From Desulfocurvus sp. (lineage in GTDB: Bacteria > Desulfobacterota > Desulfovibrionia > Desulfovibrionales > Desulfovibrionaceae): a DNA stretch of 64,000 bases. The stretch lies in NCBI GenBank assembly GCA_020692325.1, contig JAIMKR010000006.1, positions 67,933-131,932 of the forward strand, in the 5' to 3' direction. Positions 1-9,558 of the stretch are shown piece by piece (positions within the stretch are counted from its first letter, which is position 1; each line of letters opens with the position of its first letter). Made by a program: the position numbers and the translations under genes. Under the pieces are notes generated by a model that saw only the letters and a program-made list of their open reading frames with translations, did not search any database and was not told the origin of the DNA.

Positions 1-141
1 GAAACTGCGGGTGATGGGCCGGTCGTGCAGATCGGTGAACGGCGCGCCGTCCTTGAAGATGCGCACGAGCTGTCGGCCGGCGTTGTCGGGATCGGGGGCG
101 ACGACGAAGCGGAATCCGGAGAATTCAAGGGTCTGTTCCAT
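1..141 (-). CDS. 5' part of a hypothetical protein, runs off the window start (MEQTLEFSGFRFVVAPDPDNAGRQLVRIFKDG...)
   Basis: ATG at 141 preceded by GAGG; open frame with GC-type codon usage down to base 1; not in the ORF track because it is truncated. Confidence 0.5.
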   Translation of the reverse strand, partial: MEQTLEFSGFRFVVAPDPDNAGRQLVRIFKDGAPFTDLHDRPITRSF

Positions 142-298
142 GGCGGCCTCCTTTACTTCGCCAGAAAGGTAACCATACTCTGCGGCCAGGCAAGGGATCG
201 GCGTTGCCCGATCGGCCCTTGTCTGGTAGATATCCTCCGGTTCGGAGGAAAATAATCAGGACGCAGCGCCGGCATTTCGGCGTTGAAGGAGGCGCAAC

Positions 299-1048
299 GT
301 GGCCACGTTCAAAATCCATCCCATCGTGATGGGCACGAAAATTTTCGATCATGGCATGATGACCTACCAGCACGCGTATGGCAAGCCGTACACCATTCCC
401 ATCTACAGCTGGTACCTGGAGGGCGGGGACAAGAAGATCCTCGTGGACACGGGCGAGATGAAGCCCATCATCAGCGCCGACCGCGAGGCGGCCATCGGCG
501 GCAAGATCCACACCTTCGAGGAGGGGCTGGCGCAATACGGCCTCAAGCCCGAGGACATCGACATCGTCGTGCACACGCACCTGCACAACGACCACTGCGA
601 GAACGATTACAAGTGCGTGAACGCGCGCATCTACGTGCACGAGGCGGAGCTCAAGCGCATTCACGACCCGCACCCGCTGGATTACCGCTATCTGGAGGAT
701 TACATCACCGACGTGGAGGAGAACGGCCAGGTCGTGGCGCTGAAGGGCGACGCGGAGATCGTTCCCGGCGTGCGCGTGGTGCACACCCCGGCCCACACCG
801 AGGGCGGCATGACCGTGCTCATCGACACGGAGAAGGGGCTCGCGGCCATCACGGGTTTCTGCATCATCATGGAGAACCTCTTCCCGCCCAAGGAAGTGCG
901 CGCCATGGAGATGGAGGTGATTCCCTGCGGCACGGTGGTGAACGCCTACCAGGCCTACGACAACATCCTCAGGGTGAAGAACATGGCGCAGATTCTGCTG
1001 CCGCTGCACGAGCCGCGCTTCGCCAGCACCCCGACCATACCGGAATAG
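299..1048 (+). CDS. Metallo-beta-lactamase-fold hydrolase, N-acyl-homoserine lactonase-like family
   Basis: HTHLHNDH (HxHxDH) motif, DTG, HTPAHT and terminal HEP motifs; GGAGG RBS. Confidence 0.85.
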   Translation: MATFKIHPIVMGTKIFDHGMMTYQHAYGKPYTIPIYSWYLEGGDKKILVDTGEMKPIISADREAAIGGKIHTFEEGLAQYGLKPEDIDIVVHTHLHNDHCENDYKCVNARIYVHEAELKRIHDPHPLDYRYLEDYITDVEENGQVVALKGDAEIVPGVRVVHTPAHTEGGMTVLIDTEKGLAAITGFCIIMENLFPPKEVRAMEMEVIPCGTVVNAYQAYDNILRVKNMAQILLPLHEPRFASTPTIPE

Positions 1049-1066
1049 GCCGCGCGGGCGGCGGAT

Positions 1067-1118
1067 ACGGGAACGGACGGCCGGGCTCTTCCGCACAAAG
1101 AGACCGGCCGTTTCCCGT
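1067..1118 (+). terminator. Stem-loop after the MBL gene
   Basis: acggga..acggccgg pairs with ccggccgtttcccgt. Confidence 0.45.
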
Positions 1119-1124
1119 GATCGG

Positions 1125-1153
1125 TTGACGCATCCGCCCCCAGCCTTTATGCT
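1125..1153 (+). promoter_or_regulatory. sigma70-type promoter for the DUF169 gene
   Basis: TTGACG (1125-1130), 17-nt spacer, TATGCT (1148-1153). Confidence 0.6.
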
Positions 1154-1215
1154 TGACCAAATACATTTGGCTTTCCGCCGGCTCCCGGCCCGGCCGGAAG
1201 CGAAAGGAGACCTCC

Positions 1216-1995
1216 ATGCCCGATTACGCCAAAATGCAGGAAACCCTCATGCGCGAGCTGCGGCTCATGCATTACCCCATCGCCATCAAATACTTTTTCG
1301 ACGAGGCCGAGCTGGCGGACTTCCGCAAGAACCATCCGCACTACGCGCCGGTGAAGCCGCTGACCTTCTGCCAGGCGGAGATCGGCGCGCGCATGGAGGG
1401 GCTGGCCGTGCTGGTGGAGAAAGAGAAGCTCGGCTGCACCAACGCCCAGTTCGTGCTGGGCTGGAAGGGCCTCGACGAGGGTGAGATCAAGAGCCACATG
1501 AAATACTGCAAGGACGCCGACCACGCCAAGCGCGTGCTGGAAGAGAAGCCCCGCCTGCCCGAGGACAAGCTGCTGGCCGTGGCGGTGATGCCGCTGGCCC
1601 AGGCCGAATCCACGCCCGACGTGGTGCATTTCTACTGCGACAACCTGCAGGCCTACCATCTCATCGGCGACTGGATGGCCAGCCAGAACCAGCCGCGCTT
1701 CCGCCCGTCCATGAGCGTGAACTCCGCGGCCTGCGGCGGCAACGTGTTCGTCTTCAACGAGAGGCAGGCCAACCTGTTCCTGGCGTGCAGCGGCAGCTAC
1801 AACTCCGGCAAGACCGAACGTGGCGAGATCAACGTCTCCATCCCCGGCGATCAGATGGAGGGCGTTATGGCGCGCATCGAAAAGCGCGTGGCCGACAAGG
1901 GCGGCGCGGCCATCACCCGTCTGGGCGCGGGCTTCCCCGGCGCGGACATCTGCAAGAACTGCCCGCTCATCGTGTTCAAGAAGGACGGCGAATAG
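1216..1995 (+). CDS. DUF169-family protein (Cys-rich, unknown function)
   Basis: P(I)AIK, FCQA..ARM, GCTNA, SAACG pattern; AAGGAGA RBS before ATG 1216; C-terminal CKNC. Confidence 0.7.
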   Translation: MPDYAKMQETLMRELRLMHYPIAIKYFFDEAELADFRKNHPHYAPVKPLTFCQAEIGARMEGLAVLVEKEKLGCTNAQFVLGWKGLDEGEIKSHMKYCKDADHAKRVLEEKPRLPEDKLLAVAVMPLAQAESTPDVVHFYCDNLQAYHLIGDWMASQNQPRFRPSMSVNSAACGGNVFVFNERQANLFLACSGSYNSGKTERGEINVSIPGDQMEGVMARIEKRVADKGGAAITRLGAGFPGADICKNCPLIVFKKDGE

Positions 1996-2081
1996 CCCGC
2001 TCCTCCACATTCCCACAAACGGAAATCGGCCGGCCTCCGCATGCGTGGGGACCGGCCGTCGTCGTTTCGATGCGCGGAAGG

Positions 2082-2360
2082 TTATTCGCCGGCCGGCGCG
2101 GGCTGATCGGGATGATGCTGATCCTGCGGCGCGTGCTGGCCATCACGCGGGGGGAGCTTGTGCTTGCCGGTCTTGTGCTCGCCCTTGGGGACGCGATGCG
2201 TGCCCGGCTTCATGTGCTCACCCTGCTTCATATGCTCGCCCTGCTTCATGGGCTCGCCCTGCTGGCCGCCGGGTGAACTGTCGGTTCCCTGCGCGAAAGC
2301 GCCGAGCGGCAGCAGCGTAAGCCCCAGCACGATGGTCAGACTCGCTTTGACATGCTTCAT
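2082..2360 (-). CDS. Small secreted His/Met-rich protein with hexapeptide repeats
   Basis: Signal peptide ending AFA; GEPMKQ-GEHMKQ-GEHMKP-GTHRVPK-GEHKTG repeats; GGAGG RBS. Confidence 0.7.
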   Translation of the reverse strand: MKHVKASLTIVLGLTLLPLGAFAQGTDSSPGGQQGEPMKQGEHMKQGEHMKPGTHRVPKGEHKTGKHKLPPRDGQHAPQDQHHPDQPAPAGE

Positions 2361-2524
2361 GGGAATTCCTCCAAGACTGGTTGGATGGTGAATGGTTCCC
2401 GAGAATCCAAATCACGATACCACGAGGAACGCCGCAGAACAAACGCAAGCGGCAAGATGCATGCGACCGGCCGAACCGGACCGCCAGCCTTGACGCGGCG
2501 GGGGAAAGCAGCCAAACAAGGAGC

Positions 2525-5500
2525 ATGATCCGGTGGATTGCGGCACGGTTCGGCGCGCCTGGGCGCACCACGCGCCGGAGCGGTCCGGCGCTTTTCGCCC
2601 ATGCCGCGCGAGGCGTGCGGCTGATCGCTCTCGCGCTGGCGCTGCTGGCGTGCTGCCAGACGCTCGCCCCGGTCCCGGCCCTGGCCGAGAAGCCCCGCAA
2701 AAACATCCTCTTTCTCAATTCCTACCACGACGGGTATGCTTGGTCCGACGAGATTCTGCGGGGCGTGCGCGCCTATTTCGCCGCGTCGCAGTTCGCGGTG
2801 GACCTGCAAATCGAGTACATGGACACCAAGCGCTTCGCCACGCCGGAGCGCGCCGAGGCCCTGTTCCGCTTCTACCGCGAGAAGTACCGGGACGCCCACT
2901 TCGACCTCATCATGGTCTCCGACGATTTCGCCTACAACTTCATCCTCGACCATCAGAACCGGCTGTTCCCGGGCCTGCCCGTGGTTTTCTGCGGCGTCAA
3001 CGACTTCCGGCCCGGGCGGCTTCTCGGCCGCACCAACATCACCGGCCTGGTGGAAAACGTGCACTTCGAGGACACGTTGCGACTGGCCGCGCGCCTGCAC
3101 CCCGGCTACCGGCACATGGTCGTCATCGGCGACCGCTCCGTCACCGGGCTGGCCATTCAGGGCCAGCTGCGCGCGGTGGCCCCGAGGGTGCGCGACGTGC
3201 TGGACCTGGAATTCTGGGACGACCTGCCCCTGACCGAGATTTTGCGCCGGCTGCGCGCGGAGCCGCGCAACACGCTGGTCTTCGTCATCCCCATGTACCT
3301 GGAGTACGAGGGCCAGCTGCTGGCCGCCGACGAGGTGCTGGAGGTGGTCTCGGCCAATGTGGACATTCCCGTGTACAGCTGCTGGCGCTTTCTGCTGGGC
3401 CACGGCTGCGTGGGCGGCCGGCTGCACGGAGGCGAGGAACACGGCCGCATCGCCGCCGGGCTGGCCCTGCGCATCCTGGCCGGGGCGGACCCCAAAACCA
3501 TCCCCGTGGTCCAGGTGTTCGACGACCCCTACGCCTTCGACTACGACGTGCTCAAAAAGCTGGGCATCCCCCTTTCCAGCCTGCCCCCCGGAGCGGAGCT
3601 CATCAACGAGCCCTATCGCTTCTACACCATCGACAAGGGCCTGTTCTGGACCATCATCATCAGCTTCGGCATCCTGGTGTTCATCCTGGTGCTGCTGCTG
3701 GCCAGCAACAGCCAGCGCCGGCGCATTCAGGAGCGCGTGAACGATCAGCTCTCGTTCCTCAAAATCCTGATGGACGCCATTCCCCTGCCGCTCTACACCC
3801 TGACGCGGCGCGGCCTGTTCCAGGACTGCAATCTGGCCTTCGAGCGGCTGTTCGGCGTGGACCGCGAGGCCATGGGCGACATGGGGCCGGAGACCATGGG
3901 CGTGGAGGGCCCCCCCGGCCTGCGCGACGAGGTGGACCACGAGCTGCTCGAAACCGCCGGCGTGCGCGTGTACGAATCGACCCTGCGCCTGCCGGGCGAT
4001 GACGCCCGCGACGTCATGGTCTCCAAGGCCACCTACCTCAATGCCAAGGGCGAAATTCTCGGTCTGGTCGGCGTGCTCAACGACATCACCGGTCTCAAGC
4101 GCGTGCAGGAGGAGCTCAAGCAGGCCGAGGAGAAGTACCGCGGCATTTTCGAGAACTCAGTGCTGGGCATATTCCGCGCCGATCCGTCCGGCGGCCTGCA
4201 CGACGCCAACCGCGCCCTGGTCGACATGCTGGGCTTTCCCGGACGCGACGAGCTGCTGGCCACCGGCTCCGCCTTCCTCACCGGGGCGGAGGCTCCGCCC
4301 TGGCCGCCGGACGCCAGCGGCCCCGGCGACGTGGCCGCCTATCGCCGCCAGTTCGTCCGGCCCGACGGCAGGCGCATCACCACATTCCTGCACATCCGCG
4401 CCGTGGCCGGGGCCGACGGCCGCATCGCCGCCTACGAGGGCGTGGTGGAGGACATCACCCAACGCGAGAACGCCGAGGTCGCCCTATCCAAAAGCGAACG
4501 GATGCTCCAGCTCGTGCTCGACACCATTCCCCAGCTCGTTTCCTGGAAGGACCGCGACCTGCACTACCTGGGCGTGAACCGCTCCTACGTCTCTTTCTTC
4601 GGCCTGGAGGACGCCCACCGGGCCCTGGGCCGCACGGACGAGGAGCTTTTCGGCGACGGCGACCCCACCCGCATGGCCCAGGCCGCCGACCGCGTGGTGC
4701 TGGCCAAGAACCAGCCGCAGTTCCGCGCCACCTGGGCCACGGAGGACGGTTTCGGCCGGCCGGTGCTGCTGGAGGTGAGCCGCGTGCCCCTGCACGACGC
4801 CGACGGTCAGGTGGTGGGCGTGATGTGCGCCGCCGAGGACGTGACCGAGAAGACCAGCCTGGAGCGCCAGCTGCTGCAATCGCAAAAGATGGAGGCCATC
4901 GGCACGCTGGCCGGCGGCATCGCCCACGACTTCAACAACATCCTCACCAGCATCATCAACAGCGCCGAGCTCGCCCTCCTGGACGCGCCCGAGGGCTCGG
5001 AAATCGCCCAGGACCTGCTGCGTGTGCTCCGAGCCGGTCAGCGCGGCAGCCAGCTCGTGCGGCAAATCCTGGCCTTCAGCCGGCCCTCCCAGGCCGGATT
5101 CCAGGCCGTGAACGTGGCCGAGGTGGCCCGCGACACGCTGAGCCTGCTCTCCGCCTCGCTGCCGCGCAACATCACCGTGCACGAGAACATCGCCGTGGAC
5201 CCGGCCATGGCCCAGGCCGACCCCATCCAGCTGCACCAGGTGCTGCTCAACCTGTGCACCAACGCCTTCCAGGCCATGCGCGAATCCGGCGGCGACCTCA
5301 CCGTGGCTCTCGAATCCGAAACCCTGGACGCGCCCGCCGCCGAGGCTCTCAACATCGCCCCGGGCCGCTACCTGCGCCTGTCCATCGCCGACACCGGTCC
5401 CGGCATCGAAATGGACCTGCTGGACAAGATCTTCGATCCCTTCTTCACCACCAAGGGCAAGGCCGAGGGCACCGGCTTGGGGCTGGCCGTGGTGCATGGC

Positions 5501-6004
5501 ATCGTCCAGGCCCACAAGGGCGCGGTGGACGTGGTCAGCGTTCCCTGGGAACGCACGGCCTTCACCATCTACCTGCCGCAGTTCGAACGCCGGGACGACG
5601 CGGAAACCGGATCGCGCGAGCAGGTGCGGCGGGGCCAGGGCCGCTTGCTCTTCGTGGAGGACGACGAGGACCAGCTGGCCACCATCCCCCGCGTGCTGGG
5701 CAAGTTGGGCTACGAGGTCACGGGAATGCCCGGCGCGGCCGAAGCCCTGGCGACCCTCGCCGCCGCCCCGGCCGGCTTCGACGCCGTGCTCACGGACTTC
5801 GACATGCCCGGCATCAACGGCGTGGAGTTCGCCCGGCTGCTGGCCGAGCGCCACCCCGGCCTGCCCGTGGTCATGATCTCCGGCCGGCTGCACACGGGCG
5901 ACATTCCCCCGGACCTGCCTGCCAACATTCTGCGCGTGCTGGCCAAGCCCTACAGTCAGGCCGCCCTCTCCGAAGCCCTGCGCGAGGTGCTGAGCTTCGG
6001 CTAG
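2525..6004 (+). CDS. Hybrid sensor histidine kinase (periplasmic substrate-binding-like domain, TM helix, PAS domains, HisKA, HATPase, receiver)
   Basis: GTLAGGIAHDFNNIL H-box, NLCTNA, DTGPG, FFTTK, GTGLGL; C-terminal EDD..DFDMP..KP receiver. Start uncertain (frame open from 2381). Confidence 0.9.
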   Translation: MIRWIAARFGAPGRTTRRSGPALFAHAARGVRLIALALALLACCQTLAPVPALAEKPRKNILFLNSYHDGYAWSDEILRGVRAYFAASQFAVDLQIEYMDTKRFATPERAEALFRFYREKYRDAHFDLIMVSDDFAYNFILDHQNRLFPGLPVVFCGVNDFRPGRLLGRTNITGLVENVHFEDTLRLAARLHPGYRHMVVIGDRSVTGLAIQGQLRAVAPRVRDVLDLEFWDDLPLTEILRRLRAEPRNTLVFVIPMYLEYEGQLLAADEVLEVVSANVDIPVYSCWRFLLGHGCVGGRLHGGEEHGRIAAGLALRILAGADPKTIPVVQVFDDPYAFDYDVLKKLGIPLSSLPPGAELINEPYRFYTIDKGLFWTIIISFGILVFILVLLLASNSQRRRIQERVNDQLSFLKILMDAIPLPLYTLTRRGLFQDCNLAFERLFGVDREAMGDMGPETMGVEGPPGLRDEVDHELLETAGVRVYESTLRLPGDDARDVMVSKATYLNAKGEILGLVGVLNDITGLKRVQEELKQAEEKYRGIFENSVLGIFRADPSGGLHDANRALVDMLGFPGRDELLATGSAFLTGAEAPPWPPDASGPGDVAAYRRQFVRPDGRRITTFLHIRAVAGADGRIAAYEGVVEDITQRENAEVALSKSERMLQLVLDTIPQLVSWKDRDLHYLGVNRSYVSFFGLEDAHRALGRTDEELFGDGDPTRMAQAADRVVLAKNQPQFRATWATEDGFGRPVLLEVSRVPLHDADGQVVGVMCAAEDVTEKTSLERQLLQSQKMEAIGTLAGGIAHDFNNILTSIINSAELALLDAPEGSEIAQDLLRVLRAGQRGSQLVRQILAFSRPSQAGFQAVNVAEVARDTLSLLSASLPRNITVHENIAVDPAMAQADPIQLHQVLLNLCTNAFQAMRESGGDLTVALESETLDAPAAEALNIAPGRYLRLSIADTGPGIEMDLLDKIFDPFFTTKGKAEGTGLGLAVVHGIVQAHKGAVDVVSVPWERTAFTIYLPQFERRDDAETGSREQVRRGQGRLLFVEDDEDQLATIPRVLGKLGYEVTGMPGAAEALATLAAAPAGFDAVLTDFDMPGINGVEFARLLAERHPGLPVVMISGRLHTGDIPPDLPANILRVLAKPYSQAALSEALREVLSFG

Positions 6005-6109
6005 GATGTCGCCTCCACCATTTGACACCAACGCCGACGGCCGCATATCCCTTGTGACGCGGCCCAGGCGCGCCGTTTCCCGGTCAAACGCCCGCCGCCA
6101 AGGAGTCCG

Positions 6110-6826
6110 ATGTCGCACACCGTCCAGTCTTCCAACGCTCCGTCCGCCGTCCTCGTCAGCGACTTCGACGGCACCATGACCGCCAACGACTTCTACAAGC
6201 TCGTGGCCGAACGCCTGCTGCCACCGGACGCGCTGGCTCCCTGGGCCGAATACCGCGCCGGCCGCAGCACGCACTTCGAGGCCCTGCGCGACATCTTCGC
6301 CCACCTGCGCGCGCCCGAGGCCGAAATTCTCGCCCTAGTGGACGACATGGCCCCGGACCCGCTGCTGGCCGAACGCGTCGGCCGGCTCGCCGCCGCTGGC
6401 TGGTCCGTGGTCGTGGCCTCGGCCGGCTGCGCGTGGTACATCGAACGCATCCTGCGCGGCCTGCGCCTTTCCTCCCGCGTGGAGGTGCACGCCAATCCCG
6501 GCGTCTACGATCCCGCGACCGGCCTGCGCATGAGCCCGCCGCCGGCGGACTCGCCCTTCTTCTGCCGCGAAACCGGCGTGGACAAGGCCGCCATCGTGCG
6601 CTTCCACCTCGCCCGGGGCGCGACCGTGGCCTTCGCGGGCGACGGCTTCGCCGACGAGCCCGCAGCCCTCGCCGCCCCCGTCCGGCTGCGCTTCGCCCGC
6701 GCCGATCTCGCCCAGGCGCTCACCACGCGCGGCGAGTTTTTCCATCCCTTCACGCGCTGGGCCGACGTGGCCGACGCGCTTCTCGCCGAACCCCAACCCA
6801 CGTCACAACGAGGAGGCGCGAAATGA
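6110..6826 (+). CDS. HAD-IB phosphatase, MtnX-like
   Basis: SDFDGTMT motif I, ASAG motif II, DK, GDGFAD motif IV. Confidence 0.8.
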   Translation: MSHTVQSSNAPSAVLVSDFDGTMTANDFYKLVAERLLPPDALAPWAEYRAGRSTHFEALRDIFAHLRAPEAEILALVDDMAPDPLLAERVGRLAAAGWSVVVASAGCAWYIERILRGLRLSSRVEVHANPGVYDPATGLRMSPPPADSPFFCRETGVDKAAIVRFHLARGATVAFAGDGFADEPAALAAPVRLRFARADLAQALTTRGEFFHPFTRWADVADALLAEPQPTSQRGGAK

Positions 6827-7872
6827 ACCAGGTCACGCAAATCGCCGTACCCGGACTGGTGCGCATCAAGCCCGGAGCGCTGGCGCGCCTCGGCGTCTAC
6901 CTCCGGCGCGGCGGGCACGGCCGCGTGCTCGTCCTCGCCAGCACGGGCCTGCCGGAGCCCGTCATCGCCACCGCGCGCCAGGGACTGGCGCAGCAGGACG
7001 TGGAGGCCGCCGACTGGGTCGAGGTCACCGACAACAGCTTCGAGCACGCGGCCAAAACCTTCGCCGCACTGCCCCCGCGCATCTCCGCCGTGGTGGGCCT
7101 GGGCGGCGGCAAGGCCCTGGACATGGCGAAATACCTCGGATTCCTCGCCCGGCTGCCCTACTTCGCCGCGCCCACCTCCCTCTCCAACGACGGCTTCTGC
7201 AGCCCGCAAGCCAGCCTGACCATCGGCGGCCGCCGACGCTCCCTGGCCGCCGCCCTGCCGCAGGGCGTCGTCGTCGATGTGGACGTCTGCCTCTCCGCCC
7301 CGCGCGTCCTCTGGCTCTCCGGCGTGGGCGACCTCGTCTCCAAGCTCTCCGCCGTGTTCGACTGGAAACTCGCCTTCCATCGCCAGGGCGAACCCGTCAA
7401 CGACCTCGCAGCCCTGCTCTCCGACGCCACCGTGCGCCAGTTCCTCGCCCGCCCGGCCTTCGACGCCCAGGGCATGACCATGCTCGGCACCGGGCTCATG
7501 CTCAACGGCATCGCCATGGAGATCTGCGGCTCCTCGCGCCCCGCCAGCGGAAGCGAGCACCTCCTCTCCCACGCGCTCGACGCCACCTCCGCCCGGCCGC
7601 GGCTCCACGGCCTGCAGGTCGGCGTGGCCACCTACCTCATGTGCCGCCTGCAAAAACAGCAGGCCGACGTCGTGGACGCCCTCTTCGCCGCCACCGGCTT
7701 CTGGAACGCCATCCACGCCGAACCGTTCTCCCGCGACGAATGGATCGAGGCCCTGCGCCTCGCCCCCGGCGTCAAGCAGGACTTCTTCACCATCCTCACC
7801 GACCGCGACTGCCTGCCCGAGGCCCGCGAACTGATGGAGTCCGATCCGCGCCTCGCCGGGTGCTTCGCGTGA
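6823..7872 (+). CDS. sn-glycerol-1-phosphate dehydrogenase-like (EgsA/AraM branch of the dehydroquinate synthase/Fe-ADH superfamily)
   Basis: GLGGGKALD, PTSLSNDGFCS, GVGDLVSK, RPASGSEHLLSH, HGLQVG; ATGA overlap with the HAD gene. Confidence 0.8.
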   Translation: MNQVTQIAVPGLVRIKPGALARLGVYLRRGGHGRVLVLASTGLPEPVIATARQGLAQQDVEAADWVEVTDNSFEHAAKTFAALPPRISAVVGLGGGKALDMAKYLGFLARLPYFAAPTSLSNDGFCSPQASLTIGGRRRSLAAALPQGVVVDVDVCLSAPRVLWLSGVGDLVSKLSAVFDWKLAFHRQGEPVNDLAALLSDATVRQFLARPAFDAQGMTMLGTGLMLNGIAMEICGSSRPASGSEHLLSHALDATSARPRLHGLQVGVATYLMCRLQKQQADVVDALFAATGFWNAIHAEPFSRDEWIEALRLAPGVKQDFFTILTDRDCLPEARELMESDPRLAGCFA

Positions 7873-7941
7873 GCGAAGTGTCCTGAATGCCGAACGCACT
7901 TCACGCGAGGCGGCGACCTTTCCGATGAATCCCAAACGAAA

Positions 7942-7974
7942 AGCGGGGCGGAGAGCATCACTCTCCGCCCCGCT
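7942..7974. terminator. Perfect 14-bp hairpin between convergent genes
   Basis: agcggggcggagag-catca-ctctccgccccgct. Confidence 0.7.
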
Positions 7975-7997
7975 CGCACTGCGAAAGAGACTATCGA

Positions 7998-9167
7998 CTA
8001 GATCTTGCAGGCGGTCTTGAGGTCGGCCGCGGCGTCGGTTTTCTCCCAGGTGAACTCGGGCAGTTCACGACCGAAGTGGCCGTAGTTGGTGGTGAGCTTG
8101 TAGATGGGCCGGCGCAGGTCGAGCCGCTTGAGGATGTGGTACGGACGCAGGTCGAAGACCTCGCGAACGGCGCGGGTCAGCACATCGTCGGCGACCTTGC
8201 CGGTGCCGTGGGTGGTGCAGACCACGCTGACGGGCTCGGCCACGCCGATGGCGTAGGCGATCTGGACCTCGGCCACGTCGCCCAGGCCGGCGGCCACGAC
8301 GTTCTTGGCCACGTAGCGCGCCATGTACGCGCCGGAGCGGTCCACCTTGCTGGGGTCCTTGCCGGAGAACGCGCCGCCGCCGTGCGCGCCCGCACCGCCG
8401 TAGGTGTCCTGGATGATCTTGCGGCCGGTGAGGCCACAGTCGCCCACGGGCCCGCCGATGACGAAACGGCCGGTGGGATTCACGTAGATTTTGAGCTTGT
8501 CGTCCAGGAGGTTCCCGGGGAGGGTCTTGAGGATGACCTCCTTCTTGATGGCCTCCACGAGGTCGCCGTGCTCGATGCTCTCGTCGTGCTGGGCGGAGCA
8601 GACCACGTTGTCGATGCGGATGGGCTTGCCGTTCTCGTACTCGATGGCGACCTGGGTCTTGCCGTCGGGCCGCAGGAAGGGCAGCACGCCGTCCTTACGG
8701 ACCTTGGTGAGACGCTGGGAAAGCTGGTGCGCGTAGTAAATGGGCGCGGGCATCAGCGTGGGGGTCTGATTGCAGGCGAAGCCGAACATCATGCCCTGGT
8801 CGCCGGCGCCCTGTTCCTCGGGCTTGCTGCGGTCCACACCCTGGGCGATGTCGGGGCTCTGCTTGTCGATGGAGGAGATGACCGCGCAGGTGGCGTAGTC
8901 ATAGCCCATTGCCGAACTGTTGTAGCCGATTTCCTTGACGGTCTCGCGGACGATACCGGGCAGGTCGGCGTAAGCCTTGGTGGTTATCTCCCCGGCGATG
9001 AAGGCCATGCCGGTGGTGACGAGCGTTTCGCACGCCACGCGCGAGTCGGGGTCCTGGCCAATGAGCGCGTCGAGGACGGCGTCGGAGATGGCGTCGGCGA
9101 CCTTGTCGGGATGTCCTTCGGTCACCGATTCCGAGGTGAACAGATAGCGGCTTTTGGGCGAAATCAT
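7998..9167 (-). CDS. metK: S-adenosylmethionine synthetase
   Basis: [35 protein letters not shown]. Confidence 0.98.
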   Translation of the reverse strand: MISPKSRYLFTSESVTEGHPDKVADAISDAVLDALIGQDPDSRVACETLVTTGMAFIAGEITTKAYADLPGIVRETVKEIGYNSSAMGYDYATCAVISSIDKQSPDIAQGVDRSKPEEQGAGDQGMMFGFACNQTPTLMPAPIYYAHQLSQRLTKVRKDGVLPFLRPDGKTQVAIEYENGKPIRIDNVVCSAQHDESIEHGDLVEAIKKEVILKTLPGNLLDDKLKIYVNPTGRFVIGGPVGDCGLTGRKIIQDTYGGAGAHGGGAFSGKDPSKVDRSGAYMARYVAKNVVAAGLGDVAEVQIAYAIGVAEPVSVVCTTHGTGKVADDVLTRAVREVFDLRPYHILKRLDLRRPIYKLTTNYGHFGRELPEFTWEKTDAAADLKTACKI

Positions 9168-9198
9168 GAATCCTCCGGTATATCAGGTAAGCTATTGT

Positions 9199-9552
9199 TT
9201 AGTGAGCCGCCTCGGGCCTGTTGGCGGCATCCACACGAATGACCCTAGGCTTGTGGCCGGGAATTTCATACGGCTCAAGCTCCAGGAAGGTCACCAATAT
9301 CACGCGCTGACCGGGCTTGCCCTTGTGGGCGGCGGCGCCGTTCAGGCAGATTTCTCCCGGATCGCCGGGGATGGCGTAGGTGGTCAGACGCTCCCCGTTG
9401 TCCAGGTTCAGCACGTCGATCTGTTCGTAGGGCAGGATGCCGGCGGCTTCCATGAGCTTCGCATCGATGGAGATGCTGCCCTCGTATTCCAAATTCAACG
9501 ATGTCAGCGTGGCGCCGTGGATTTTGGCGCTCAAAAACGTGCGTCTGGGCAT
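9199..9552 (-). CDS. panD: Aspartate 1-decarboxylase
   Basis: KIHGAT, YEGSISID self-cleavage site, TYAI, LNGAAA. Confidence 0.95.
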   Translation of the reverse strand: MPRRTFLSAKIHGATLTSLNLEYEGSISIDAKLMEAAGILPYEQIDVLNLDNGERLTTYAIPGDPGEICLNGAAAHKGKPGQRVILVTFLELEPYEIPGHKPRVIRVDAANRPEAAH

Positions 9553-9558
9553 GAGCCC

